Part shown: positions 9,268 to 19,536 of the stretch, piece by piece
Position numbering within the stretch: position 1 is the first letter of the stretch
Layout of the letters: the number at the start of each line of letters is the position of its first letter
NCBI GenBank assembly: GCA_049599475.1
Contig: JBMYOQ010000010.1
Span: 1 to 64,000, forward strand
Length of the DNA: 64,000 nucleotides
Source of the DNA: Opitutales bacterium
Lineage (GTDB): Bacteria; Verrucomicrobiota; Verrucomicrobiia; Opitutales; JABSRG01
Direction of reading: 5' to 3'
The notes under the pieces: model-generated
What the model was told of the DNA's origin: nothing
Database searches by the model: none
The model's input: the letters and a program-made list of their open reading frames with translations, nothing else
Position numbers and translations under genes: made by a program

Positions 9268-10029
9268 TTATGCGGCGCCAAACAAGGAGTCGAGAACAGA
9301 ATCGTCTGGGTAGTTGATCAATACCGCACGGTACGGTCCTTGGTATATAAAAAGACTGCCAGCTGCCATGGCAGAGGCCCCAGCCTCATATGCCTTTAAA
9401 AGATGGTCCAAGCTACCCGCTCCTCCAGAAGCAATAAGGGGCACCTGACATGTTTTAGAAATACTTCGAATTACAGAGATATCATATCCCTGTTGAAGAC
9501 CCTCTCGATCTACCGAACAAATGATAATCTCACCAGCCCCCTGATCAACAGAGCGCGCCACAGCCTCCTCAAGCGAACACAAAAGCTTTTTTCGCGCTCC
9601 TTCGATGTACACATTGTGAGAACTAAAAATGCCCTTCTTATAATCTAATGAGATGACAATACTTTGACTCCCAAACTTATCAGCGGCCTCCCTTATCAAT
9701 TGCGGTTTTCTCAAAGCACTTGTATTCAGGATTACCTTTTCAAATCCCGATGAAAATATCTTAGCCATCTGCTCTAAGGATGTGATTCCACCTCCATACG
9801 ACATGGGCATAAACGCCTCTGAAGCGACCTCTTCTAAATAGTCAAAATCTGGCTCATAACCTTGAGATGAGGCAAAGATATCTGTAATAATTAGCTCATC
9901 TACCGCCATATCATTAAATAGTTTGACTGTATTTAGAGGATCTCCGACATATTGGGGCTTCCGGAATCTTTGCCCTTTGTACAAACCCCTATCGTGCAAC
10001 AGCAGCTGTGGAATTACACGTGGCCTCAT
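9268..10029 (-). CDS. wbuZ: HisF-like cyclase of acetamidino/amidation module (WbuZ/AglZ)
   Basis: RVIP.LL, YVGDPLN, EAFMPMSYGGGI, IASGGAG, AVLINYP C-terminus. Confidence 0.88.
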   Translation of the reverse strand: MRPRVIPQLLLHDRGLYKGQRFRKPQYVGDPLNTVKLFNDMAVDELIITDIFASSQGYEPDFDYLEEVASEAFMPMSYGGGITSLEQMAKIFSSGFEKVILNTSALRKPQLIREAADKFGSQSIVISLDYKKGIFSSHNVYIEGARKKLLCSLEEAVARSVDQGAGEIIICSVDREGLQQGYDISVIRSISKTCQVPLIASGGAGSLDHLLKAYEAGASAMAAGSLFIYQGPYRAVLINYPDDSVLDSLFGAA

Positions 10030-10637
10030 CTTATACTACCCAGCAGTGATTTGAAAAAGCTCATGCCATATCGGTGGCTTTTCTCAGGGTGAAACTGAAC
10101 ACCAAAAATGTTCCCATCGCTAATTGCTGAGGCAAACGAAAAACCATATTCTGAAGTAGCCCAAATTTGGCTAGGATCTAATCCGTCATGGTAATATGAA
10201 TGCACAAAATAAAACCGTGGATCATCCGGTAAATTCATTAAATTCCGGGATTCGATAAAACGCACCTTGGACCATCCCATATGCGGGACGCGCAGCCCTG
10301 AAATAACATACTCAGGAAATTTGCGAAATCTGCCTTTCAAAAGCCCCAATCCGCTCATTTGACCCTCGTCACTGCCTTCACACAGCAATTGCATTCCAAG
10401 GCAAATCCCAAGGACTTTCGAATTCTTATTATTTTTAGAAAAAAATTCCGCAAACCCTGTATCCTTAAGTCGCTGCATCCCATAATCGAATGCTCCCACT
10501 CCGGGTAAAACAATCCAATCTGGATGGTGCGAATCCTCAGGCCTCTGAATCACACTAGACGAATAATTTAAATACTTGAGCATATTCTTAATAGACCCAA
10601 TGTTTCCGGTATTTAAGTCTATAATTTCAATCTTCAT
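10026..10637 (-). CDS. wbuY: HisH-like glutamine amidotransferase (WbuY/AglY)
   Basis: LPGVGAF, GICLGMQ, VPHMGW, FYFVHSY, QFHPEKS; start set at MKIEIID. Confidence 0.9.
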   Translation of the reverse strand: MKIEIIDLNTGNIGSIKNMLKYLNYSSSVIQRPEDSHHPDWIVLPGVGAFDYGMQRLKDTGFAEFFSKNNKNSKVLGICLGMQLLCEGSDEGQMSGLGLLKGRFRKFPEYVISGLRVPHMGWSKVRFIESRNLMNLPDDPRFYFVHSYYHDGLDPSQIWATSEYGFSFASAISDGNIFGVQFHPEKSHRYGMSFFKSLLGSIR

Positions 10638-11814
10638 ATTGCCTCTGCAAGACGTTATTGGCGTAGAGCGCCTCAATCATTTTTACTTTCTCATGTTCGA
10701 AGCATAGGTCCTGGGCTACAGCACGCGTGTTCTGCTTAACATTATTTATAGTATGGATGCTCAATTGGTTCAGGGTCTCTGCCAGACGTACAAAAGAAAA
10801 GTCTTTAATCACCAGACCTATAGAGTACTTATTGATAAAAGACATCATTTCCGATGAAGGCCCAGTAACGACACCAATTCTAGCCTGAACAAACTCAAAG
10901 AATTTATTAGGCAAACACATTTCCAAATTATCATTTAGAGGCGGGTAAAAGATAATGCCTAAATCATACTCGTTCAAGGTACTTACAATATCCTCAAACT
11001 TAATCGGTGGAAGTATCGTTACCTTAGGATATGCCTTCGCGAGCCGTCTTAAGGCATTCAACGAGGACTCATCTCCCGTCAAATAAAGATCGAGCGTAAA
11101 CGAATCATCGAGTAAGCCCGTCATCTCTATCAGCGCATCAAGACTTCTATTCGCATTAGCAACACCATGATGAACCAACCTAATGCTCTTTTCAGAGACT
11201 ACTCTAGGCTCTAATTCAACGAACCTAGGAACACTTCGCAAAACAATGCTTTTCACATTAAATTCCTGATAGTAGACTCGCTTGAAACCCTCAGAAATTG
11301 TAAATACTTGACTACACTGCTTAAGGTACTCTCGGCAGATTTTAGATCGATATCTAAATATGAATAGTTTAAAAAGCCAGTTCTGAGCATCTTGTTTCGT
11401 ATACAGCTCACGCGCATCAAAAAAAACAGGACATCCGTGCGCCATTTCCAAAGCATCGGGTAGACATTCGAGATCATGCACTGAGACCAGATCCCAAGTT
11501 CTATTTTTAATTCTGGGATGGACCCGCAATCCATGCAACCAATTCAGCACTTTCAACCACAATGTATCCCCCAATGGAATACTCATCAAAAATCCTCCAA
11601 TTAATACCCGGCATTTCCGGGGAACAAGACTGTTTCCCTCGCTGACACACTCAGGTTTTCCTCCTGCGAACTCGCCTGAAGGAATCCCAGTCAACAGATC
11701 TACTTCAAATCCGAGAGAAAGATAAAGTTCAATACAACGCCGAGGGCGAGGATCCCTACTAGGGTCATTTCGACTAATGACCAATACGCGCTTTCTATGA
11801 GTCCCTTTAAGCAT
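10627..11814 (-). CDS. Glycosyltransferase, GT-B/GT4-like
   Basis: DPRPRR, FDARE, LPNKFFEFVQA motif. Confidence 0.8.
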   Translation of the reverse strand: MLKGTHRKRVLVISRNDPSRDPRPRRCIELYLSLGFEVDLLTGIPSGEFAGGKPECVSEGNSLVPRKCRVLIGGFLMSIPLGDTLWLKVLNWLHGLRVHPRIKNRTWDLVSVHDLECLPDALEMAHGCPVFFDARELYTKQDAQNWLFKLFIFRYRSKICREYLKQCSQVFTISEGFKRVYYQEFNVKSIVLRSVPRFVELEPRVVSEKSIRLVHHGVANANRSLDALIEMTGLLDDSFTLDLYLTGDESSLNALRRLAKAYPKVTILPPIKFEDIVSTLNEYDLGIIFYPPLNDNLEMCLPNKFFEFVQARIGVVTGPSSEMMSFINKYSIGLVIKDFSFVRLAETLNQLSIHTINNVKQNTRAVAQDLCFEHEKVKMIEALYANNVLQRQYED

Positions 11815-11879
11815 TATACTTACACAGCAGTTTTCGAGAACATCAAGCTACAAGAACTCAGCATCAGAAGTATCGGCAT

Positions 11880-12977
11880 CTAGTTTCGATTTTCTAGGAA
11901 TTCAACAATCGTTCGCAAGATAATGCCTGCGGCATCCCCATCTCCAAAAAAGTCCGTTTTCTGAGAGTCAACAGGCCTTACGGCGGCTTGGTAACTCTCG
12001 ATCAGGCTATCCCTATCGCAGGAAACCAATTGACTCCATCCAGAACCCACCAACTCAGTCCACTCAGTTTCATTGCGTAAAATCAAACAGGGGACCTTGT
12101 GGAAAAACGCCTCCTTCTGAAGTCCTCCTGAATCAGTGATTATTTTCTCAGCATTTTTAGTCAAAGCAGCCATCTCGAAGTATCCAACGGGATCAATAAA
12201 ATTTATTGATGGGAAATCACTCAACTTCACCCCTAAGCCCTCAATCCGATTGCGCGTTCTGGGGTGAAGCGGAAAGATGACCTGAGTCCTTGCTCCAATT
12301 TCTTCCAAGCCCTTGATCCAACACATGAGTCGGACGCAGTCATCAGTATTTTCCGCCCTATGTAGAGTTACAAGACAATACTCGTGCCGCTCCAAACCAT
12401 ATATCTTGAGGATTGAATCCGAATCGATACGCTCCACTGCGTCGATCGCTATATCGTACATGATGTCCCCTGAGAAAACTACCCGACCAGCCACCTGCTC
12501 TTCAGTGGTTAAGCGCTTTTGAGCAGAAAGCGTCGGGGTAAAAAGCAAGTCCGCAATCTGATCGCTAACAATCCGATTGATTTCCTCAGGCATGGCCCTC
12601 TTGAATGAACGCAGTCCAGCTTCGATGTGAGCGACAGGAATGCGCAGCTTAACTGCGGCTAAAGCGCCAGCAAGAGTTGAGTCAGTATCTCCAAAAACAA
12701 CCACCATATTGGGTTCTTCATCGATTAGAACTTTCTCAATATCAACAAGCATCTTTCCAGTCATCGCCCCATGCGTCGCTTGATTCACCCCTAGGTTGTA
12801 TTTAGGTGCAGGGATACCGAGTTCTTTGAAAAAAATATCGGACATGTTCGCGTCATAATGCTGTCCGGTATGCAGAATAAATTCATCCACATGCTCATAC
12901 TTACCCAATTTCCTGGACAATATCGCAGCCTTAACAAACTGAGGGCGCGCCCCGACAATAGTGGCTATTTTTATCAT
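11880..12977 (-). CDS. wbpI: UDP-GlcNAc(3NAc)A 2-epimerase, non-hydrolysing (WecB/WbpI family)
   Basis: GARPQFVK, HTGQHYD, HIEAGLRS, MPEEINR, TDSGGLQKEA; wbp context. Confidence 0.88.
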   Translation of the reverse strand: MIKIATIVGARPQFVKAAILSRKLGKYEHVDEFILHTGQHYDANMSDIFFKELGIPAPKYNLGVNQATHGAMTGKMLVDIEKVLIDEEPNMVVVFGDTDSTLAGALAAVKLRIPVAHIEAGLRSFKRAMPEEINRIVSDQIADLLFTPTLSAQKRLTTEEQVAGRVVFSGDIMYDIAIDAVERIDSDSILKIYGLERHEYCLVTLHRAENTDDCVRLMCWIKGLEEIGARTQVIFPLHPRTRNRIEGLGVKLSDFPSINFIDPVGYFEMAALTKNAEKIITDSGGLQKEAFFHKVPCLILRNETEWTELVGSGWSQLVSCDRDSLIESYQAAVRPVDSQKTDFFGDGDAAGIILRTIVEFLENRN

Positions 12978-13289
12978 GAATTGCAGACTAGGTGGAAATT
13001 AGTTTTTTTCTGGCCTAAAGACAAAGGTTTATAATTAAACCATTACTCTCCCCCCCCACATAAGTTGATTTGAACTGGATCCTAGAAAAAAAATTATAGA
13101 AAACTTTTGATTGGCCAATATAACATTTGAATTCTGCTCTAATTTGAGGAAAGAAGCTGTAGAATTGAAACTCAAATGCGGTGATAAATGGAAAACATTC
13201 CACTTCGGATGCTCTATGTCTCAGAGAATAGGCGGTTTTGCCTAAAAAAACATCGTGGTCGTTAATTTCCGTACTCCTACACATAAAGA

Positions 13290-14534
13290 CTAACCAACAA
13301 CCCTACTCTTCATATATCGATACACCCGTCGGGCAGGCCAATATGCTTTCGAGAGCCTGGACACATACCTATTGTGACGATCTTTGATGGCCCTGAATGA
13401 GCCGAAAGAATCAAAATCTGACCCGATTCTCGAGGAAGAAAGAATACCCTGAACCAGTGACTTAGCATGATTCCGAGCCCTAAGCCGAGGTTCTGATAAG
13501 AATGCCTCCTTGCAGTTTCCAACGATCATGTTTCTAAACTGAATATCACTCATTTTCTCAAGCACTTCCTTAATATTGGAACAATCCTCATTGATAGGTA
13601 TATATTCACTATCCGGATTCATGATTCCGCCATAGGTACCAGGCGTCGCAATCTGAGCAGTTTCAGCTAACGCTGCTTCAATATTTCTTGGGGAAATCGC
13701 CGTAAGTATGTATCTCCCATCCTCGTTAGGGAAACATTGTCGTTCAATCTCTTCGAAACTAGCATTGGGTTTTCTCCTGAGCGCGCATTTCACCGCGCTA
13801 GCAATCTCACCTCTAGCATCAATTAGACTGCTACCACTATTGGAAACTAAACAATATTTAGAACCTTCTATAAACGAATTCCATTTGCTTCCAGGAATCA
13901 AGTCTTTGGGATCTGTAGAAATGTCTACGTTTAATCCGTAATCTTTTGTAGCTCGAATAAAACGTTCACCAATGATTCCTTTGACATAGCCTATCTGCCC
14001 AAAATTTGGAGGAAGCTTGCTGGCTCTATATGAAACATCAATCTCGCGGCCTTTGTAAGGCTTCGGATTTCGCCAAGAATCAATCCACTCATCTGAGATA
14101 TAAGAAGTATACCCTTTCTTTAATTTCTTTATCTTTGAATACTTCGGATACAAGACATCGTGGAATCCATCAATCACCGAATACGCTTCATCAATATTCC
14201 AATCTACTAACCATTCGTCGAGAAAAGCAGGGCAATTGTAATCATCCTGAGGCAACGCAATTTTATAAGCAGACGAGTCGCGAATAAAAGCATACTCCCT
14301 CCGAACCCTACGGTAGCTCGGATTATATCGATGACCTAAAAAGGTGGGCCCAAGGATTATCCCGTGGAACCGGAGACGCTTTATGAATGAGGGTAGCGGA
14401 AGCTCTGTGGGATGAACGATATAGTTGTGGTCTGGTTCACACCTAGGCAACAAATATTCGTGACCTTTGACAGCGTTCCTCCACAGACGCGGATCGCCCA
14501 TTTTGTGAAGAACCAATATATTTAAACGCTCCAT
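13290..14534 (-). CDS. Putative glycosyltransferase / polysaccharide biosynthesis protein
   Basis: Operon position; PQDDY, IDVSYRA, ISPRNIEAA...EYIP resembles a GT-B C-terminal domain. Confidence 0.5.
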   Translation of the reverse strand: MERLNILVLHKMGDPRLWRNAVKGHEYLLPRCEPDHNYIVHPTELPLPSFIKRLRFHGIILGPTFLGHRYNPSYRRVRREYAFIRDSSAYKIALPQDDYNCPAFLDEWLVDWNIDEAYSVIDGFHDVLYPKYSKIKKLKKGYTSYISDEWIDSWRNPKPYKGREIDVSYRASKLPPNFGQIGYVKGIIGERFIRATKDYGLNVDISTDPKDLIPGSKWNSFIEGSKYCLVSNSGSSLIDARGEIASAVKCALRRKPNASFEEIERQCFPNEDGRYILTAISPRNIEAALAETAQIATPGTYGGIMNPDSEYIPINEDCSNIKEVLEKMSDIQFRNMIVGNCKEAFLSEPRLRARNHAKSLVQGILSSSRIGSDFDSFGSFRAIKDRHNRYVSRLSKAYWPARRVYRYMKSRVVG

Positions 14535-14550
14535 CTACCAACCAGTCTTC

Positions 14551-15627
14551 CTACAATGCTCCTCTTGAATATGCTTCAAGATCAGGCAACTCATCTAAAT
14601 GCTTCAACATTGATGAAAGAATGCGCTCACGATTCTTTTTGGTCCATTCGATTGTCTTTTTTAATCCCTCAACTTTGTTTACCTTTGCGGAAAAATTAAG
14701 TTCGTTCATCGATTTCGAAGTTGATCCATATCGTTTAATCGAATTGTCCCAACTGCGGGCAGGCTTGGAAACAAACGGAGTCGGGTTTGAGGTAATTTCA
14801 CAAATCATCTCAGCCCATTCTCGAATCGATGTTTCATCTCCAGATGCTAAATTATACGCCTCTCCTGGTATCCCTTTTAATGCGCAAGCGATCAACCCCT
14901 CAACAATATCATCCACATAAATAAAATCGCGCGTAGCTACCCCACCATTATCCAAAGGCAATGCTTCTTTATATAGTGCCTTCCAAATAAAACTCGGCGT
15001 TACATTTCTCCATACAGTATGCGGCGTGCCTCTCCACATGCCTGCTCCCAAAATCTCTCCGGGCCCATAGACATTTTGAAAACGCGCCTTCACAAACGGC
15101 ATCTCACAATGAGTGTAATAGTAATTTCCATACATTTCGCCTACAAGCTTAGAAATAGAATATGGACTATCATGAAAGAGCGACACTGGAGCTTCCTCCA
15201 TGGTTGCCTCTGCTTGAAACTTCGTTTTCTGTGCCACCGCACAACCAGCCGCAGAGTATACAACTTTCTCAAGCCCTCTCAGGCCTTTTAATCTCTCAAA
15301 CAATTTAAGGCTCGTGAGCAAATTATTTGCATGATCTTCCAAAGGAGAATGGATAGATGATTGATTACCATGATAACAGCTGAGATGAAAAACGTAGCGG
15401 AGGTCGGCAGGGAGTGACGACAACACTCCATCATCCGTGATACTTTCGGAAATTACAGTAAGCCGAGAGTCTTCAGGAAGGTTTGTTATCTCGGAGGAAA
15501 TAAAATTGTCGACAACTACAATCTCTTTCGGGTCGTAATCCAAAAGAAGCTTTTTGCAAAGATTACTACCAACGAATCCTCCGCCTCCAACAATGAGCAG
15601 TTTGCAGTTCTTTAAAAGATTCATCAT
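14551..15627 (-). CDS. wbmF: Extended SDR, WbmF-like nucleotide-sugar epimerase
   Basis: GGGGFVG; YHGNQSSIH..L.DH.NN; YSAAGC; YSISK, as recalled for Bordetella WbmF. Confidence 0.82.
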   Translation of the reverse strand: MMNLLKNCKLLIVGGGGFVGSNLCKKLLLDYDPKEIVVVDNFISSEITNLPEDSRLTVISESITDDGVLSSLPADLRYVFHLSCYHGNQSSIHSPLEDHANNLLTSLKLFERLKGLRGLEKVVYSAAGCAVAQKTKFQAEATMEEAPVSLFHDSPYSISKLVGEMYGNYYYTHCEMPFVKARFQNVYGPGEILGAGMWRGTPHTVWRNVTPSFIWKALYKEALPLDNGGVATRDFIYVDDIVEGLIACALKGIPGEAYNLASGDETSIREWAEMICEITSNPTPFVSKPARSWDNSIKRYGSTSKSMNELNFSAKVNKVEGLKKTIEWTKKNRERILSSMLKHLDELPDLEAYSRGAL

Positions 15628-16562
15628 TCCTTGCTTCCTGGTTTACTCAGATGGCTATATATAGAGGTGATACCATGAGCATCATACCATTTTAGCTGCT
15701 TTTCGATAAGCGTTTCAAATGGAGTAGTGGCTCTCCAACCAAGAATTGCTTCAGTATCAGATGGATCGATTACAACTGTTTCGATGTCATCTTCACCAAC
15801 TGGCACGATCGGAGGCGCTTCAATCTCGAGTCCTAAGAATGTCGCGACTGCATCGAAAATATCCTTGATGCTTTTCCCCTCACCAGTCGAGACGTTGAAC
15901 ACACCGACTTGGGGGCCAGCGCCTAGAAGCTGTTCGATGAGCCGAATAAAGTCGTCTATATCGAGAAAATCGCGAACGGCATTACTACAGAAACAAGGTT
16001 TACCAGCTTTCAGTCTCTTGTAAAACGTAGGGATCGGACCAATCGAAAGATAAGGGCCGCAAACATTTGCCAAGCGTAATGAAACTACAGGCACATCAGA
16101 CAACATCAAATAAGCTTCACCTGCGGTTTTTGAAATACCATAACTCGTTGTTGGAGCGGTTGAATGATATCGGGGAATTGGCAGAGTCTTGGGCTCTCCA
16201 TAACAGAGCGCCGTTTGAAAATTTATAATCTGCTTAACTTGATGCTCTTCGGAAGCCTTAGCAATAATGACACTGCCATCGATATTGGTCGCAATATCCT
16301 GGCGCCAGTCATCTGGCTCTTTATAGGCAGCCGCGCTATGCAGGACATGAGTAGGTCTAAAATCCGAGAATACCTGGTCAACAAATGCTTTATCTGCAAT
16401 CGAACCTTCACACAAACTCACTCCCTCTAGTTTTTCCAGCTCTCGATTAGAACTCGTAGCGAAATTGTCAATTAGACAGATTTCAGCATCACCCGTCTTG
16501 CAAAAATGTTCGGTCAAATTGGTTCCTAGGCAACCGGTTCCACCTGTAATAAGAATACGCAT
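15624..16562 (-). CDS. wbmG: Extended SDR, WbmG-like
   Basis: GGTGCLG, HSAAAYKEPDDW, NFQTALCYG, SYGISKTAGE, GPIPTFYKRLKAG. Confidence 0.82.
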   Translation of the reverse strand: MRILITGGTGCLGTNLTEHFCKTGDAEICLIDNFATSSNRELEKLEGVSLCEGSIADKAFVDQVFSDFRPTHVLHSAAAYKEPDDWRQDIATNIDGSVIIAKASEEHQVKQIINFQTALCYGEPKTLPIPRYHSTAPTTSYGISKTAGEAYLMLSDVPVVSLRLANVCGPYLSIGPIPTFYKRLKAGKPCFCSNAVRDFLDIDDFIRLIEQLLGAGPQVGVFNVSTGEGKSIKDIFDAVATFLGLEIEAPPIVPVGEDDIETVVIDPSDTEAILGWRATTPFETLIEKQLKWYDAHGITSIYSHLSKPGSKE

Positions 16563-16571
16563 CTGTTTAGA

Positions 16572-17507
16572 TTAGTTTTTAGCGAATTTCAGATGGGTAT
16601 ATTCGCCTAGAGTGCCATGTTCCTTAAAGTAGTCGATCGCTTGTGCTACAGTTTCCTCAATCGGAGTGAATTGAATTTCTCCAAAATCTTCGAAAGTTCG
16701 AGAGGGATCAAGCAGGATTGAGGAGACATCATCGGGGCCCAGCTCCTTAACCTCCGGCTCCGGGTATTCACTTAAACCCATCGCGCTAACAACTGCATCG
16801 TAAAGCCTCCTGATTGCGATGTCAGATCCAGATGAAAAATGATAGGCTCCACTGCCAAGCCCATCGCAAGCCTTAATTGCAATTTTCGCGAGATCTTTGA
16901 CGAAAACAAAATCTCTACGAGAATTGGTCACGAAACACTTTTTTCCATCCTTAAGGCGTTGATAAAATATGGGCAAGGGGCCAGCTACATTCCTTGGGCC
17001 TATTACATTGGCTAACCGCAAGGTAACATAATTTAGCCCTGACAACTCAACAAATAATTCGTTCGTCGTTTTTGTAATAGCATAACTACTACCCTCGGGG
17101 CGACGCGGATGATTTAAAGTAATCGGTTGCTCATCAGGTTTCAAACCGTAGCATAGAGCAGTCTGAAAGTAGATAAAACGTCGAACTCCGAATTCTTTAG
17201 CAGCTTCCACTATATTTGAGCCTCCAACACAATTGGTAAGGGTGTCATTATACCAGTCATGGGGATCCTTATAGGAAGCAGCCGTGTGGACGACGACCTC
17301 GGGCTGAAATCTCGCGAATAACTCGAATAGCTTAGCTTTATTCGCAATAGTATCAATGCAAACCTCTAAGTTAGTGTGGTCGCGAAGATGCTCTTTACGG
17401 CCGGTAACTAGGTTATCTATGACCAATACATGATCCCCTCTTGCTAATAGTAGTTCTGCGATATGGGAACCAATTTGGCCAAGGCCGCCACTAATTAATA
17501 TTTTCAT
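16572..17507 (-). CDS. wbmH: Extended SDR, WbmH-like
   Basis: GQIGSHIAE, HTAASYKDP.DWYNDTLTNCVGGSN, FQTALCYG, GPLPIF. Confidence 0.82.
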   Translation of the reverse strand: MKILISGGLGQIGSHIAELLLARGDHVLVIDNLVTGRKEHLRDHTNLEVCIDTIANKAKLFELFARFQPEVVVHTAASYKDPHDWYNDTLTNCVGGSNIVEAAKEFGVRRFIYFQTALCYGLKPDEQPITLNHPRRPEGSSYAITKTTNELFVELSGLNYVTLRLANVIGPRNVAGPLPIFYQRLKDGKKCFVTNSRRDFVFVKDLAKIAIKACDGLGSGAYHFSSGSDIAIRRLYDAVVSAMGLSEYPEPEVKELGPDDVSSILLDPSRTFEDFGEIQFTPIEETVAQAIDYFKEHGTLGEYTHLKFAKN

Positions 17508-17518
17508 ACGGGTGTTTC

Positions 17519-19429
17519 CTACTTTCTAAGACTTTTCCAATAACTAGATTGATCAATAAATTGTTGGTACCAGAGCTCTAAACTGAGCAGTGCCCAAGTT
17601 TTTCTAGAAAATCGAGCCTCATTACGAGCATCGCTTTTCAACGAATCGGAATTTACAAAGGGCCGATGTTTAATGGACATGGATTTAAGCGTATCATATG
17701 CGAATTCCTTAAGATCACCCTCAAACCATTCTTTCAAAGGCACCGGAAAGCCCATTTTATCCCGGCGCTGCATGATGGCCTTCGGCAACTGCTTAGCGTA
17801 GACCTGCTTCATAAGGTGCTTCATGCGCCCATCTTTAAATTTAATATCTGCAGGAATAGTCGCTGCAAATTCAATCAAAGGATGATCAAGCAAAGGGACT
17901 CTACTTTCTATCCCGTGTGCCATGCTCATTCGATCTTCGACCTGAAGAAGAGCCGGAATAAGACATTTGAAATCGAAATGCGTCATTTTATCAAAATATG
18001 CTTCTTTCCGAACGTTGGATCGGTTGTTGAATATTCGACAAAAATCCTCGAAGACTGCCCCTCGATCAAGCTCCTCCCAGTATATCTCACTTTCAAAATC
18101 TGTAGACCGGTCTATCAAACGAAAATATCGATGATCCATAGGCTCAAAAAGGCCCTCACTCCAAAACTTTTTCATCAGTGGCTTATATTCTCTGAGAAGT
18201 CCTAGATTAGGGACGATAGACTCCAGAGTAACCACAAAATTCCCATTCAAATAACGACCTTCTATCGCAGCCTTAATACACTGCTCAAAATAAGCGATCA
18301 GATAGCGCGCATAACCTCCAAAAATTTCATCTCCACCTTGCCCTCCAAGGACCACCTTAACAGAGCTTGCTGCCAATTCTGAAGTCATATACTGAGGAAA
18401 AGACCCAGGGCCCGCTACGGGAAAATCAAGATGATAAATGATACGTTCTATATTTTTAAGAAAATCCTCAGACCTGATATTAGAATAGCGTAGATCACCA
18501 TTTTTCGACTCGACAGCCGCTTCAGCGTATTGGCTTTCGTCATACCCAGGGTATTCTAAAAAACGACCATGGAAGGCCTTTTTTCCAGAGCCCTTCTCGA
18601 CAGCCAGGCTATATATGAGACTCGAGTCAACTCCCCCAGAGAGGTAACTACCAATCTCGACATCACTGCGCAGATGCAAGTTCATTGAGTCATCAAGTCG
18701 CGCACGAAGCTCCTCATGGAATGACGGCTCGGATCGCCCGAAGTCGACCTCATACTCTACATCCCAATAACGCTGAGTCGTAATTTCTCCGTTCTCAATA
18801 ACTAAGCTATGGCCCGGGAGTAATTGCTTGATACCTCGAAACAAAGTTTTTTCACCAATTGTATATTGAAAAGTCAAATACTCAGCGAGGGCACCCTTAT
18901 CAACTTCAAGGTTTTCAACAAAAGGTAGCAACGCTTTTGCTTCCGAAGCGAAATAAAAAACCCCATTCCAAACAGTATAATAAAAGGGTTTTATTCCAAA
19001 GCGATCGCGAACGCAAAACAGTCGCTGCATGCGTTCATCCCAAAGGGCGAAAGCAAACATACCTCTCAAATGCGACACACTACCTGTTCCAAATCTGGCG
19101 TAAGAGGCGAGGATGCATTCGGTGTCAGAGTTTGTCCGAAAAGTCCAGTCCCCACAAAGCTGCCTTTGAAGTTCTTTGTAATTATAAATTTCACCATTGA
19201 AGCTCAAACAGGTACCATTCTCTGATTGCATTGGTTGGTGCGCGGCATCCGTGAGATCAATAATCGCCAGACGACGGTGGGCCAGTCCTACAAATTTTTG
19301 ACGATTTTCCCATACACCTTGACCATCAGGCCCCCTGTGCCGGATCAGTGTAGACATCAAATCCAGGTGCTCTTTTAGACCTTCAATCCGACCTTTTCCA
19401 AGATGTAAAGCTCCTGCAATTCCACACAT
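17519..19429 (-). CDS. asnB: Asparagine synthase-like glutamine amidotransferase (sugar uronamide formation; WbpS/WbmI-like)
   Basis: MCGIAG N-terminal nucleophile, HRGPD, FNGEIYN, RDRFGIKP, LSGGVDSS, GGDEIFGGY. Confidence 0.9.
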   Translation of the reverse strand: MCGIAGALHLGKGRIEGLKEHLDLMSTLIRHRGPDGQGVWENRQKFVGLAHRRLAIIDLTDAAHQPMQSENGTCLSFNGEIYNYKELQRQLCGDWTFRTNSDTECILASYARFGTGSVSHLRGMFAFALWDERMQRLFCVRDRFGIKPFYYTVWNGVFYFASEAKALLPFVENLEVDKGALAEYLTFQYTIGEKTLFRGIKQLLPGHSLVIENGEITTQRYWDVEYEVDFGRSEPSFHEELRARLDDSMNLHLRSDVEIGSYLSGGVDSSLIYSLAVEKGSGKKAFHGRFLEYPGYDESQYAEAAVESKNGDLRYSNIRSEDFLKNIERIIYHLDFPVAGPGSFPQYMTSELAASSVKVVLGGQGGDEIFGGYARYLIAYFEQCIKAAIEGRYLNGNFVVTLESIVPNLGLLREYKPLMKKFWSEGLFEPMDHRYFRLIDRSTDFESEIYWEELDRGAVFEDFCRIFNNRSNVRKEAYFDKMTHFDFKCLIPALLQVEDRMSMAHGIESRVPLLDHPLIEFAATIPADIKFKDGRMKHLMKQVYAKQLPKAIMQRRDKMGFPVPLKEWFEGDLKEFAYDTLKSMSIKHRPFVNSDSLKSDARNEARFSRKTWALLSLELWYQQFIDQSSYWKSLRK

Positions 19430-19536
19430 ATTTAGCAAAGGCTATGAGCCACTCTTCGAAACACAAAATTAATTTCGACAGAGCTCGGTGTGATTCTCGA
19501 TAATCTAGAAAAAAGCCTTTTCATTAATACACGGAT

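Noticed and set aside
9268..10637. Histidine biosynthesis hisF/hisH
   Set aside because: Adjacent to an N-acetyl sugar amidotransferase in a glycan operon, with no other his genes
13015..13284. 89-aa ORF as a real gene
   Set aside because: No recognisable motif and atypical composition; left unannotated
17519..19429. Housekeeping asparagine synthetase or lasso peptide cyclase
   Set aside because: Embedded in a nucleotide-sugar operon; no lasso precursor or B protein seen
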